From: Phoronis australis
Taxonomy: Eukaryota > Animalia > Phoronida
Direction of reading: 5' to 3'
Length of the DNA stretch: 63,837 bases
Assembly (NCBI GenBank): GCA_002633005.1
Contig: NMRA01000558.1
Span: 187,846 to 251,682, forward strand
A program made the translations under genes and the position numbers. Shown here one piece after another: positions 48,801 to 59,661 of the stretch. Position 1 is the stretch's first letter; each line of letters opens with the position of its first letter. Under the pieces are notes generated by a model that made no database searches, was not told the origin of the DNA, and was given only the letters and a program-made list of their open reading frames with translations.

Positions 48801-51419
48801 GTCAGTCATTTCGTGACACTGACTCGTGACCGTCATGTCGATGTCACTTTATTGCGGTGAAGTGCTTTCGAGTGTTGGAGATGGCAATATCAACGAGAGT
48901 GTGACAGTTGGCGTGTGTAAACCTTGACGCGGCTAATTTGAGTGTCACTGTCGCCCTCTCTTAACGAGGAGCGTTGGGTTTTGTTGTGTTGCGTAATTCG
49001 AATTCGAACGAGGCAAAATATCCCAAGACAATCGCGTCGCTGAGTTACGATTATAGCTAAATGCGCCTTGGTTTTCCTCCTAAACACATTATACATGGTA
49101 TGTTTCATTTTCACAGTATAATTTTGAAATAGCTTCTGCATCATTATACTAGATTTTATGTAAATATCAAATCCCGTTTGCCCTACAAAAATCAGTGTGG
49201 TGAATTTCGTTTATGCTTTCCAGCGTAACGCACCTGTATTTAATCACTTATAGGTGATTGTCCCAGGTGTTTACCCAGGTATTGGGATGTAGCGATCAAT
49301 ATCACCTCTGATTTTGACACCTTCAACGAGTGTCGTTGAATAGAACTAATTAGATTGTGTTGCCTAGCTGACACGACCCTATACATTTGGTTCAAGCAAA
49401 TTGGTACAGCGTAGGATTTTCAGGTACGGCGCACTGTTAGTGATAAAATTTAGCAAGTAAATCAAAGACGGTAAGAAGTACATGAGAAAAGTTGTTAAAC
49501 AGCTATTTGTAGCCGTGTCACTGTCTATTACGGATAGTATAAATTAGCGCGTGTACACCTGAATGGCGTAATGGTAATAACAGTTATGTCTGCTCCTCCT
49601 GCGTTTGACCAACACATGAAGTAACAAACGCGGTCCAGTTTGTCGTACGTTCTACTTTGACTAACCTTCCAGTCCGGCAGTAATTGCTTTTTGACACCTG
49701 CCAAACATACAGTCGTGACCTCTTTGACAGTGCCCGTCTCGCCTACAGACGTCGCCAGCTTCTCTGTGGAAGGTGCACGTGCCGTAGTGTCTGTCGCAGA
49801 ATTTACCCCGACCGCAAGAGCGATCCGATCGACAAGGCTACAAAAGAATAGGGCTTATAGCATGAAACCAATGCATATAATGCTTTTTTATTGGTCAATG
49901 ACAAAACTGTTCGCGACATAATTAGTTCGAGGTACCACTACGTGAACCGGGGGCAAGAAGCCAAAAAACTGTCAGAAGCACACGTAATTTTTGTGTAGCA
50001 ATTGCTTAAAGTATGTTGCAAATTCCTTGACGAGATCAATGCCAGACAATTTGATTATTCTCTGGAATTTCGGACTCCTTTGATGATACCAGTGACTTAA
50101 TTTTGACTCCCGGCAACGACGAAAATAGTTAAGCGCTTATTAAATCGCTTTGTGGTTTATAGCCTAAAGACAGTTTTGATATCTTTGATGTATTTTTTCG
50201 ATAAGATGTTGCTTTTGAAAATTCCCCGAGCACGACTCACTTGAATTCTTCACAGGAAATGCATAGGGATAGCTGAATACGATTTAAGCGTTAGGCCTAT
50301 TCGACCAAGTTCTAGACCACAAAACTTTAGTGTAACTCTATTATACAACAGGAATTCCTTGGAAATACTGAAAACTGTATTTCTCCTGTTTAGTTGGCCA
50401 CAAAAAAACCCTTAAAACCTTTTCCCTTTGGGCCTATTCCTCCGAAATCAACGTGGAAACATACCTTCAGCTGTACCACGAGAACATTTAGCGCACAACG
50501 TGTAAAGAAACTTAGATACAAAAGTTCAAAAATGTAGAATTTTATCCTTGTTGTAAAGCAATGCCTTTGAGACAACGTTCTTCACAAAAATGAGCGAGCG
50601 CATAACCCTGTAGGCTGTAACATTGTTATGTAGACAGAGCTAAGCGCAAGAAGTATAATTTTTCGTTTCGACCTGTGTTGCTCGTTTCAGTCATCTGCAA
50701 AAACGGGGTGTCCTTCAATGTTCAATCGATTTCTAGATGGTATTTACCAATGTCATACGTTAGCACAACCAATCGACCAGGCACGTAGTTTATACTAAAA
50801 TCTAGCACACAGCAGCAGACGTGTAAGCCTTTGTAAATATAAAAGTCACTTCATGGGCAAGAAAACTAGTTTGAATTTATTTCAACACTAAATGGTGCTT
50901 AAACCTCAGCGGCCGCAGTCAAACACTTTACTGGTGGACATAAAATACTCACGATAGATGACAAGACATTTGAAACGTTCTTAACTAGTAAAGTCACCGT
51001 TCTTGGTATCAGCTAGTGGCTGCCAGACAACGACTACAACTGGCAATTCGTAATAGCTTATGACTTAAAAGGGCGTAGGTATGGGCCAATCCAATTACAA
51101 TACCAAATGCCGTGAACTGAACCCGATTATGTGCCATTATTGCCTTAACGAACGGTGAGTGCTACTCACGACTTTTACCTAACAATAAAATACAAGAGTA
51201 CAGGCTTACCACAAATCTTTCTGTTGTGTTCTCCTCAATGTCGTCAGTTCCGCGTACCCAGTCAGTCCGCCTCACATTTCTTGGATGTGGGCTGTTGTCG
51301 TTGTACGTACTGTCAACGTTACTGTTGCTCCAAGCAAGATTCCAGATGTAACCTAATGCGGGCGCCGTCATTTGAAGCGTGACTAGACATCCGTAGAGAA
51401 AGAGTTTTACGTAATCCAT
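45804..51419 (-). CDS. Dickkopf-3-like secreted cysteine-rich protein, 4 exons, 214 aa
   Basis: Exons 51419-51210, 49837-49666, 48076-47875, 45864-45804; GT-AG and phase-consistent (645 nt). Signal peptide MDYVKLFLYGCLVTLQMTAPALG; CRD1 PCRSDRSCGRGKFCDRHYGTC...CRRDGHCQRGHDCMFGRC; short Dkk3-type linker; 10-Cys colipase/prokineticin-fold CRD2 GARC..DC..GLCCAR..VC..KC..CPC..LTC..MRCAPV. Confidence 0.85.
46357..47352. mobile_element. ~1-kb non-autonomous hAT-like element with 5-bp TSD in the last intron of the Dkk-like gene
   Basis: Termini CATAGGCGGATTTAGG / CCTAGATCCGCCACTG; TTGCC duplicated at 46352-46356 and 47353-47357. Confidence 0.7.
47040..47100 (+). other. tRNA-derived Pol III promoter remnant (SINE-head-like)
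   Basis: A box TGGTGTAGTGG (47044-47054) and B box GAGTTCGAGTC (47086-47096); no complete cloverleaf. Confidence 0.5.
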
Positions 51420-53359
51420 GTTGACGGATTTTTGTTCTTATGGAATTAAATGTTTATGAAATGTCGAAGTTTCAGCTTGCTGCAAAGCAATACAAGTGAA
51501 TTTTCAGAAATTCTACGATCTTGTGTGCACACGTCCAAGTCGTTTCGCGGAATGACAAGTAAGTCTGAAAACACTCGTTATACTTTTATGATTATCACAT
51601 GTTGAGTTTAATGTCACTAACACCATTATCAATTATCTTTTTTGGCATTTGAACAAGGTTTCAAAAGACGTCAGGGTCGTCACGTGATTTCTACAACCAG
51701 TACGCGGTCATAAAATCGTTTTCTGCGGAACAATCCATTGCACGTGACAACTTCGAGCCAATCGCGCTTGAGGTGTCATTCAGGTGTCAGTCGAGTGATT
51801 CCTATTGTTGCTGTGTTTGTTGGAATACAAACAGTTCAACTGGAATAAGTAATTACATATTATTTGGAGCCTTTTATGCCAATTGTCTACCTCAAGTCGA
51901 CACGGTTGTCAGCAGCCGTGAGATCAGGAGCTCCCTGACACGGGAGATGGTTTTGACATCAGCATGCATCGATTTGCCACTTGTTGAAAACTAATGTGAT
52001 CAAAAATAGTATGCGACCATGATTGCCCATATAACGTACTTGTCAATAAATGCCGTCGGTCTGACATGCGTAAGTTATTAGAATGTGCGAGCACCGTTTT
52101 GTCGTTGACATCGCTCTGATTTCTACCGAAGTTTTCTGCAGGCAAGCCCGGGGCATATGCTTTGCAGTAAATTATGAAAATATTGATTTAGGGACCAAAA
52201 ATCAAATCTAAATAAGCGACCGGGCGTTCCTTTGGAAGTGGCGTGTGTCTCAATACCGTAGCGGACGCGCAAATTGAAATCAAAAGATAAATAATACACA
52301 ACATTTTGGTGTATGACTGTCCCCACAAATAAAAGTTATTGTTACAAATTTTTCCCCAACATGTGTCCTTATATACAAGTACGTCCGCTGGGAATATCTA
52401 AATTTGGGCCTGCCTCAGAGAACGCCCGTACTCATGAGTGCAGTGAGTTAACCTATAGTGGACTAAATTTTATTTCGGCGCTTTTATTGCCCATCTTTCC
52501 AGAGATTATTATTTTAGGTGTATTATTATTTTACGTGCATATTTCCGTACCGTTATAGTATCATAATCAATGGCCTTTATTTGGCGTATACACGGAGCTT
52601 GTGACGCACCTATAATTTTTGGAACATATGTCGAACATAAACTTCATTAATATCAGGAAATTTTCAAAGATGGGTTACCGTATTGATGTTTTGCATGTAC
52701 GGCTTGCAGCAGAGATTCGCACACAAATTTCTCCAAATGTAATTATCTCTTCTAAATTTTTAACAAAGATATTTTACGGATTGTACCTCCTTAATGGCAT
52801 TGCAACTTTTGTTAATTAAAGTCTGAAACCTTTAAGTTTGAGTTTTAACGGACTTCTTTATGATATTCATGGTCTTTAAATTTGTTTAATTAGGTCAATT
52901 CCTAAATCACTGATTCCAGTTGTAGTTGAAAATCCAATCTTGAACCTCAAACACGGTCAGAAGTTGCGATTAGAGTCGTACATATCACACCCGCATTGAA
53001 CATCAAATATTGACCTGAACATTTCCATATCGTATGAAGAAATTCATTTCCAGAAATGAAAGTGTGAATGCCGATAATGCATTCTACGAAGAATGTATAG
53101 GTGGTACTGCACAGTTAAACTGTAGCTGCGGCCAATTTTATATATAAATTAAATTGAAATTTAATTCATATATCTTCTTTATTGTACACGTGGCCATCGC
53201 CCCAAAGTAGAACATATAAACAAGTTCATTGGAGTGCACGCACACTAGTCAGAAATGCACAAGCTGTTCCTTTTTAGATGCGTAGAATAAAAATTTTACA
53301 ATTGCGACATCAGGATTGCGTAATAATCTATGAAATTGAAATAGAGAGGGACTTGTCCA

Positions 53360-54170
53360 GAGGCTATCACTTAGAAACGTAGCTCTGGTTTCAGAAAAAG
53401 AGTCTCAAACTAACAAAAAGTGATATTCATCTCCGACATTTGCACTGCCTAGAAATTCAATATTTGGGGCAATTGTTCTTGGTTCTCACAACACAACGAC
53501 TGGATGTGTGCAGTCGATCTTAAAGACGTATGCTTTTGCATCCCGATCGGCGACCATCAGTGGGACTACCTCAGATATGTTTGACAAAACGTACCAATTT
53601 CGTGACCTGTTGTTTGCTTAAAGCTCTGAACGTTCACGAAACTGTTGAAGACAGTATAAGCAGTATTACTGTTACAGGGATTTCGTTTGGTAACCTATCT
53701 GGAAGACATACAGTAATCGTTCTCAACTTGTCAAAAGATCGTCTGCTCACAGAAACGAATCTCCGTTCCGTGACTTTCTCGAGTGCTGTGTTTCGTCATC
53801 AATTGTGAATAGTGGTTTTCTGAACTCTGTTCACATGGAACTGGTGCTTCCTCAAGACAAGGTGCAAAATATTCGAGAAAAGTGCGAATCAACGCTGACA
53901 GAGCAAGAAACAACATTGCGGGAGTTTTTCCAAGCTGATAGGAACCCTTTTGTGTATCCATCTTGGCACTTTTTCCATCGCCTCTGCTCTATCGACACCT
54001 CCAGATACAGACGTTGAAAGCGTTGTTGGACGGGAATCGAGACTACGAGGCCAGAATTCAAAGAGGAACTGTGCTGGTGGGCGTACATGTACTACTGCAC
54101 ACATCAGCGCCTGATTCGATCATCACCGCAGACACTTTTAAGATCGGCTGACATTTTCACCACCCAAGGG
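53360..54170 (+). mobile_element. Decayed DIRS-type retrotransposon RT/RNase H remnant
   Basis: Fragments QHNDWMCAVDLKDVCFCIPI..HQWDYLRY, GFLNSVHMELVLPQDKVQNIREKC and ALFPSPLLYRHLQ match DIRS pol motifs (D.M..IDLKDAYF.IPI; LP.EK...I; PA.L.YR.LQ). Multiple frameshifts. Confidence 0.75.
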
Positions 54171-54614
54171 TAGTGGGCTGCACAAGGGATTTTTTTAAAT
54201 TTTTACGACTACCGCATGTGTAGCGGAATACTTAAAAACGAGCAAAAATACACCAAATCAACAGTTTTCACCCATAAGCCGCTATTCGCATGCGATAACT
54301 ACAAACTGAGAGACAGCGCATTCAGGCCGCATAACTCTTCAGATTATGATACATCAGGTGACAGGTACATGTAGGTGTCGACCTGACCTAACGTGACCTG
54401 AACTTCCTGAACTTCCTGCTTACATGAAGTAAAAGTCGCAACTTACCAAAATGGATCAGTTGGTCAACAACAAACATTCTTTAAAGAGAGCAAGATTTGT
54501 TAAAACCAATACTTTTGGAATAGTTATACGATCAGATTTACAAACATTTCTCAGTCGGTCAGCACGCCAGCTGTGGCCATATCGCGTGACCTAGTGACGT
54601 TAAGTGAAAAGAAT

Positions 54615-54706
54615 TCTTCCCAACCGGGACTCGAACCCGAGACCTTTTCTACCGGTCGGGGCAAAATTCTTTTCAGACTTTTATTCATTAGGTCGCATGA
54701 TGTGGC
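54615..54706 (-). other. tRNA-derived SINE-like head (paralogous copy at ~62058-62150)
   Basis: Minus strand has GACCTAATG(A/G)ATAA (A-box-like, reminiscent of tRNA-Arg) and GGTTCGAGTCCCGG (B box); no valid cloverleaf. Confidence 0.5.
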
Positions 54707-55810
54707 CGCGATGGTCTCGCTAGTTCCCTGCGTGTTCCCTAGGCAGTAGAGAACACGCAGGTTGCATTCAGTAGCACGCGTTTTGTCACTGGTTGACGTA
54801 ACCTCGGCAGTCATTGGTTAGCTTTGCAACACATAAAGAAAATGGCGGACTGTGAACGATTTTTAACCTTGTCATGCAAATATTTCGTTTCTGCAGTAAT
54901 GTTTACTAGTCGCGTGCTTGAAGCACATACAATGCACACATACACGTATCTGGCTGATTTAACCGTTGGGTTATTCATTGTGTGTGAAAACAAAGTGACA
55001 CCATCGTAAACAGAGGTCATTTTTTCAGTGCTCCGGCGCCCTTGGTCTATGGGCGGTGTGAAATAGGGGGGCTGGGGGGGAGGGGCTATGATAGCCCCCA
55101 CTTTTTTCAGTGCTGCGCCGCCCATGTGAATGCGCTGATGGTGTCAGTAGGTCTCCTGTAAACCGTCTGCTTGGTAATTTTCAAGACCAGTCAGGGTTTC
55201 AAGAAGTCCACGCCAGTCAGTATTCATACTGTTTGTTAGCCTTCGAAAAAATAACAAGTTATTGCAAATAAAGGCTAGTACCATTGCAATACCAAGTTCA
55301 TGACATCACTATTATCACTCGATAACTCGATCGGTAACTACTAGCTGGCCAGAGAAGCCTAAATCCTTGAAATAAAGCTCAAATCAAGTTTAACCTAAAA
55401 GCTTTGGGGTTCAAATAACCTTATTAACCTACGTGTAGCTGAATTTTGTTATCAAAAATAAATTTTCCTATTGATTCGCTCGCTATTTTAAGAAAAATCT
55501 GCATTTTACTGCCGGTTTCCCATAGAGGCAATGCTTAAAATAGGCTTGTTAAGTTACTCTACCTAAATATGGTCAGTGAGTGATTCCTCATTCGATTCAC
55601 AGTGAGTGAGTGAGTGATTGAGCTAGACGCACGCATTCTACAGAGATTATGGCTCCCGTTGAGATCAAGGACTTCGTTCATCAACTGCTTATTCTAAAGA
55701 AGAATCGAAACCAAGACGTCGTCACTGCAGTGGAGGCAATAGCTCTTTTCAGAGCTACGGAGGTTAAGTCCGCTTGGACCTCTAGCCTCAGTGAACGTAA
55801 CGTTCGCAAC

Positions 55811-56060
55811 GAAACCACTGCTTCGGCCACAAAGCAGACCGTGGCAAACAAGGTCTCTGCGGCCCCGCAAAAACCTTCCGTCCAGATCAGATGGAAACCA
55901 CTGCTTCGGCCTCGAAGCAGTCCGTGACAACCTCTAAGGTCTCTGCGCCCCGAAGAAACCCTCAGTCCAGATGGAAACCACTGCTTCGGCCACGAAGCAG
56001 ATCGCGACAACCTCCAAGGTCTCTGCGGCCCCACAGAAACCTTCTGTCCCGACGGGGCAG
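55811..56060 (+). repeat. Three ~80-bp tandem repeats in the ORF1 N-terminal region
   Basis: Units begin GAAACCACTGCTTCGGCC at 55811, 55894 and 55974 and encode ETTASA(T/S)KQ...KVSA. Confidence 0.9.
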
Positions 56061-57213
56061 AATGAAGACAAGACCAAGCCCCCTGCCCCTCGCAGGCGGG
56101 CATGAAAACCCCGTCTGTGCTCCCACAGCCAGCCTCAAAAATAGAAAACCCAGTCCCCAGGCTCAGGGACTAGCCCATTCGAACAGGGCGATGGATGACT
56201 GCCTCGCAGCCATCATCAACAGCATAGAGGAGCCAAACAAGACCACCGACCAAGACGGAGATAAGTCATTGGAATGGACTCTAGTCACTCCAAAAAAACG
56301 CAAGAAGGAGAGTAACCACTCGGGTGGCCACCCCAAAACACCAATCGTAGTAACGCGTAATAACGGATTGGCAGTGCAAAAAGCCCTATCGGGCTTTAAA
56401 GTCAATAAGGTGACTTTCAGTAAGCGGGGTCATTTACTGGTCTTCATCGAGGACCAGGAGTCTCGTGTGTCCCTTCTGGCAAAGGGACACACTATCAAGC
56501 AATTCCGGGTTGCACGTTTCGCAACCCCGTAGACCGAAAAACTGACTCGCGAGCCCTCACGCTTGTCCTCTTAAGTGTCACCTGCACTATCAGACGTGGG
56601 CATAGAAAAAGCCCTTGGCAACGGCTTTTCAGCCAAACGGCTGATATCGGGGAGGCTGGCCTGGCCGACCCAAAAGGTCAAAATCTCCTGTCCCGACAGA
56701 GAGACGTATGAGAAAATACTCAAAGACGGTGCCTTCATTGGGCTAATGAGGTACAGGTTCGAAAAGTACAGAACACAGACAGTACTACAATATTTCAAGT
56801 GCCGCGGATACGGCCACTACAGCTCGGTCAGCAAGTCCGAGGTTGAAAACATGCAATCACTGTGGCAATAACCACAAGTCCTCAGACTGTGACAAACTTG
56901 AGGAAGCACCGACCTGTGCTAACTGCGGTGGCCCCCACCCAGAGAACCACAGGTCCTGTAGTTACTAAACTGACTACAAAACAGCAACTAAAAAAGCAGC
57001 TGTCATACGCTCAGGCAGCAAACGGCCCGTCAAACGACCTAGAGGTCCTCAGACTGGCTATGACGCTCAAGGAGCTGGCGGTGGGCATTATTATAACCAA
57101 ATTAGGGCTCGACTTTGGAAAAGAAGAAGTCAGCAAGTTGATCGTTGACTCCGTCAACACCAACTACACGACAGATCTGAATGGCTCACAGATTCTCCAG
57201 CTAGTGACCAGAC

Positions 57214-57600
57214 GGTAAACTGTCCCGACGGGGCAGGATAAAGACAACCGAATTCCAGTGACAAGCATGTACCAGGAGCACCAAAGGTTCTGGCTCTGCT
57301 CAAGTGGTAACTGTCCCGACGGGGCAGTATAAAGACAACCAAATTCTAGTGACAAGCATGTACCAGGAGCACCAAGGGTTCGGGCCCTGCTCTACTGGTA
57401 ACTGTCCCGACGGGGCAGTATAAAGACAAACAAGGACTAGCGTGACAGCTGTTGCCATTAAGCCGGCTTCATGTGAGTCAAAGTGTCCCGACGGGGCAGC
57501 ATAAAGACAACCTGGAACAAAATGTAAGCTGTTCCATTAAGCCAGCTTCATACCCAAGAAGTCAACGACGCTGTTGCCATCCAGCCAGCGTCTCATCTCC
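57214..57600 (+). repeat. Hairpin-containing tandem array in the 3' region of the ORF1-only element
   Basis: (C/G)TGTCCCGACGGGGCAGNATAAAGACAA at 57220, 57311, 57402 and 57483 (periods 91, 91, 81). Confidence 0.9.
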
Positions 57601-57802
57601 GCAAGAAGAACATCACAGCCTTCCAACCAGGTCCTTCTGCCCGATCCACGTCCACACCAACTACAGCAAGGACAGAAGGCGAGATCGTCTTGCGAAGCTG
57701 TACATGTACGAGGGCTTCGCCCTCATCTACTCTACTACTACCTAAATCTACCACGATGAGTGCGCATGCGTTACTCGAAACTGAATTCGTGAACTATTTT
57801 CG

Positions 57803-58397
57803 CTGTGGACTACACTGGTTTCCTTCTTATACGACCAGTCTGAAGGCGTTTTTAGTCTATTTTGAAGACGGGTGGATAGTCATTCAACGAAGATTCGACG
57901 GAAGTTTGGATTTTAATCGAACGTGGGTCGCCTACAAAGAAGGTTTTGGTGCATTAGATGGGGATATGTGGCTCGGCAGTGACAACATTCACCTCATCAC
58001 TCGACAAGGTCAATATAAGTTACAATACTCGATGGCCGACTGGAATGGTGGGAGACTAACACGCGAACACGGTGTGTTCTCCGTAGCAAGTGAGGTGGAT
58101 AACTACAGACTTGACGTTTCTACAGCGATAGGCACTAGTTCCCACTATTGGCTTCCTGACATCAACGGCTCTCCGTTTTCAACCCTCGACAAAGACAATG
58201 ACGTTCATACCGGATATTGTGCCATATGAAAAGGTGGAGGGTGGTGGTACAAGGCTTGTTCGTATCTGGGACTTAACAACATCTATCAACAGAAAGGAAA
58301 CTGTCCGAAAACTGATGTACGCAAATGCATGAAGTATGCCACTGTAACGGGGACAATTCTTCTTAAACACTCGGTAATGAAAATAAGAAGAATTTGA
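57803..58397 (+). pseudogene. Fibrinogen-related-domain pseudo-exon (duplicate of 62541-63148)
   Basis: Acceptor AG mutated to CG (57801-57802), 7-nt frameshifting deletion near 57837, conserved YC changed to YF, premature TGA at 58227-58229. Confidence 0.85.
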
Positions 58398-59661
58398 CAG
58401 CATGGTCCTCTTTACTGTAGAACAAGGAGATCAATGGACAACAATCACTTCTTTTCTCCTCTCTTGTAAATGGGTGTAGTAAAGGCAGTGTTTGAAAATT
58501 ATTTGTTTAACTAGGGAGATGAGTTAAACTTAGTTTTGCTTTATTAGGTATACTGTTGAATAGGGTATTTGTGAATTTTGAACCTTGACATGCGTGTGCA
58601 AAAGCGTGATAGCTGTGCATTCGTATGACCATACTACAAAAGGTTTATAGAACAGTTCAGGCTTTTTTCATAAAAACAAAATTAATAAAATATAATTTCC
58701 TGAAACTGGAAGTGTTGACGCAGTAGCAAGTTCCCACACGTCAACTATTTCGAGTAACCTGTGTTTCCTTTCTTTTCAATTCTAATTAGCTTTGCAAGGG
58801 ACCAAGCCGCCAGCAGATTTCATACCCTGCCCCGTTATTTGCCTTTGATTTGAGCAATGGCGCCAGAAACTGTTGAAGCTAATACGTGTCAGACACATAA
58901 TGTTTGCATTGCGACTTGCGTATACCTTTACACTTCGAGTTTGAAGAATTTATTTCGCTTCCATGAAAATTCACTAAAAAGATTCAAAAGTTATTCCCGA
59001 GGCTGCAAAAATGGCATAGTGACCTAAATTGCCTTCAACAAAGGTAAACTCCTCTTTTAAATAAAAGCAAAACATTTTCTTCAGTGAGGAGAGGGCTGTT
59101 TGTGGCATAATTTTACATTTCTCGATAATATACCACATGAACTAATGAAAGTCGTTACTTCTATATTTGATTCAGTACTTAAACATATTTTAGCGGCATC
59201 AAAATTTAAAACACGTCAATGAAATTCAAGTTTGTTTAATGTATCTGAAGTAATCATTGTTTTAAAATGCGCAAACTACCTTTGAAATTTTAAATCAATA
59301 AAAATTCTTTGCTTAGGATGAAATGAAACACTTTTCACAAATGCATGAGAAGACACCGGGTGTATTTTATACTGAGAACATGACATTATTGGCGAACAAT
59401 GGTGAACAAATATTGCTCCTTGTTTGGTGACACAATATGGGCAGTACCTTCCGTGTACCTGTAGGTGTTGAATGAGACAACAAAGTTCGCTAATCATGGG
59501 AAGCACGCAGGACCGACTGCATTTTAATTAACGCACGGATGTAGTACATACTGCAGTTGTTCTCCGAACAGTCTGTTGTTTGCTGTCTCACGAAAGGTTC
59601 TCTAGATGCAAAAGAATTTGCTGGTTTTTGGCGTCTTCACTATATTATACCTCCTTCTGCC

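Larger units (their letters stand above)
55569..57737 (+). mobile_element. Non-LTR retroelement carrying only a decayed gag-like ORF1 (I/jockey-group-like), with 10-bp TSD
   Basis: CTACCTAAAT at 55559-55568 and 57738-57747; a single copy at the paralogous empty site (62476-62485). TCAGT Inr-like 5' end and (CTA)n-like tail. Frameshifted ORF 55649-57218 has three zinc knuckles (Q[Y]FKCRGYGHYSSV[S], CNHCGNNHKSSDC, CANCGGPHPENHRSC) and SYAQAA. Confidence 0.85.
54487..58603 (+). repeat. Old segmental duplicate of 61942-63343 (intron 2 end, exon 3 and 3' flank of the PAN-FReD gene), expanded by insertions
   Basis: Colinear shared blocks: 54487-54705 vs 61942-62150, 55140-55250 vs 62328-62435, 57738-58603 vs 62476-63343. 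Confidence 0.85.

Noticed and set aside
57214-57600. CRISPR array
   Set aside because: Palindromic repeats with spacers look CRISPR-like, but the spacers are related to each other and too long, there are no cas genes, and the array sits inside a eukaryotic retroelement.
58227-58229. Selenocysteine or readthrough TGA in the FReD copy
   Set aside because: It aligns to Leu (TTG), not Cys, in the intact paralogue and accompanies other disabling lesions.
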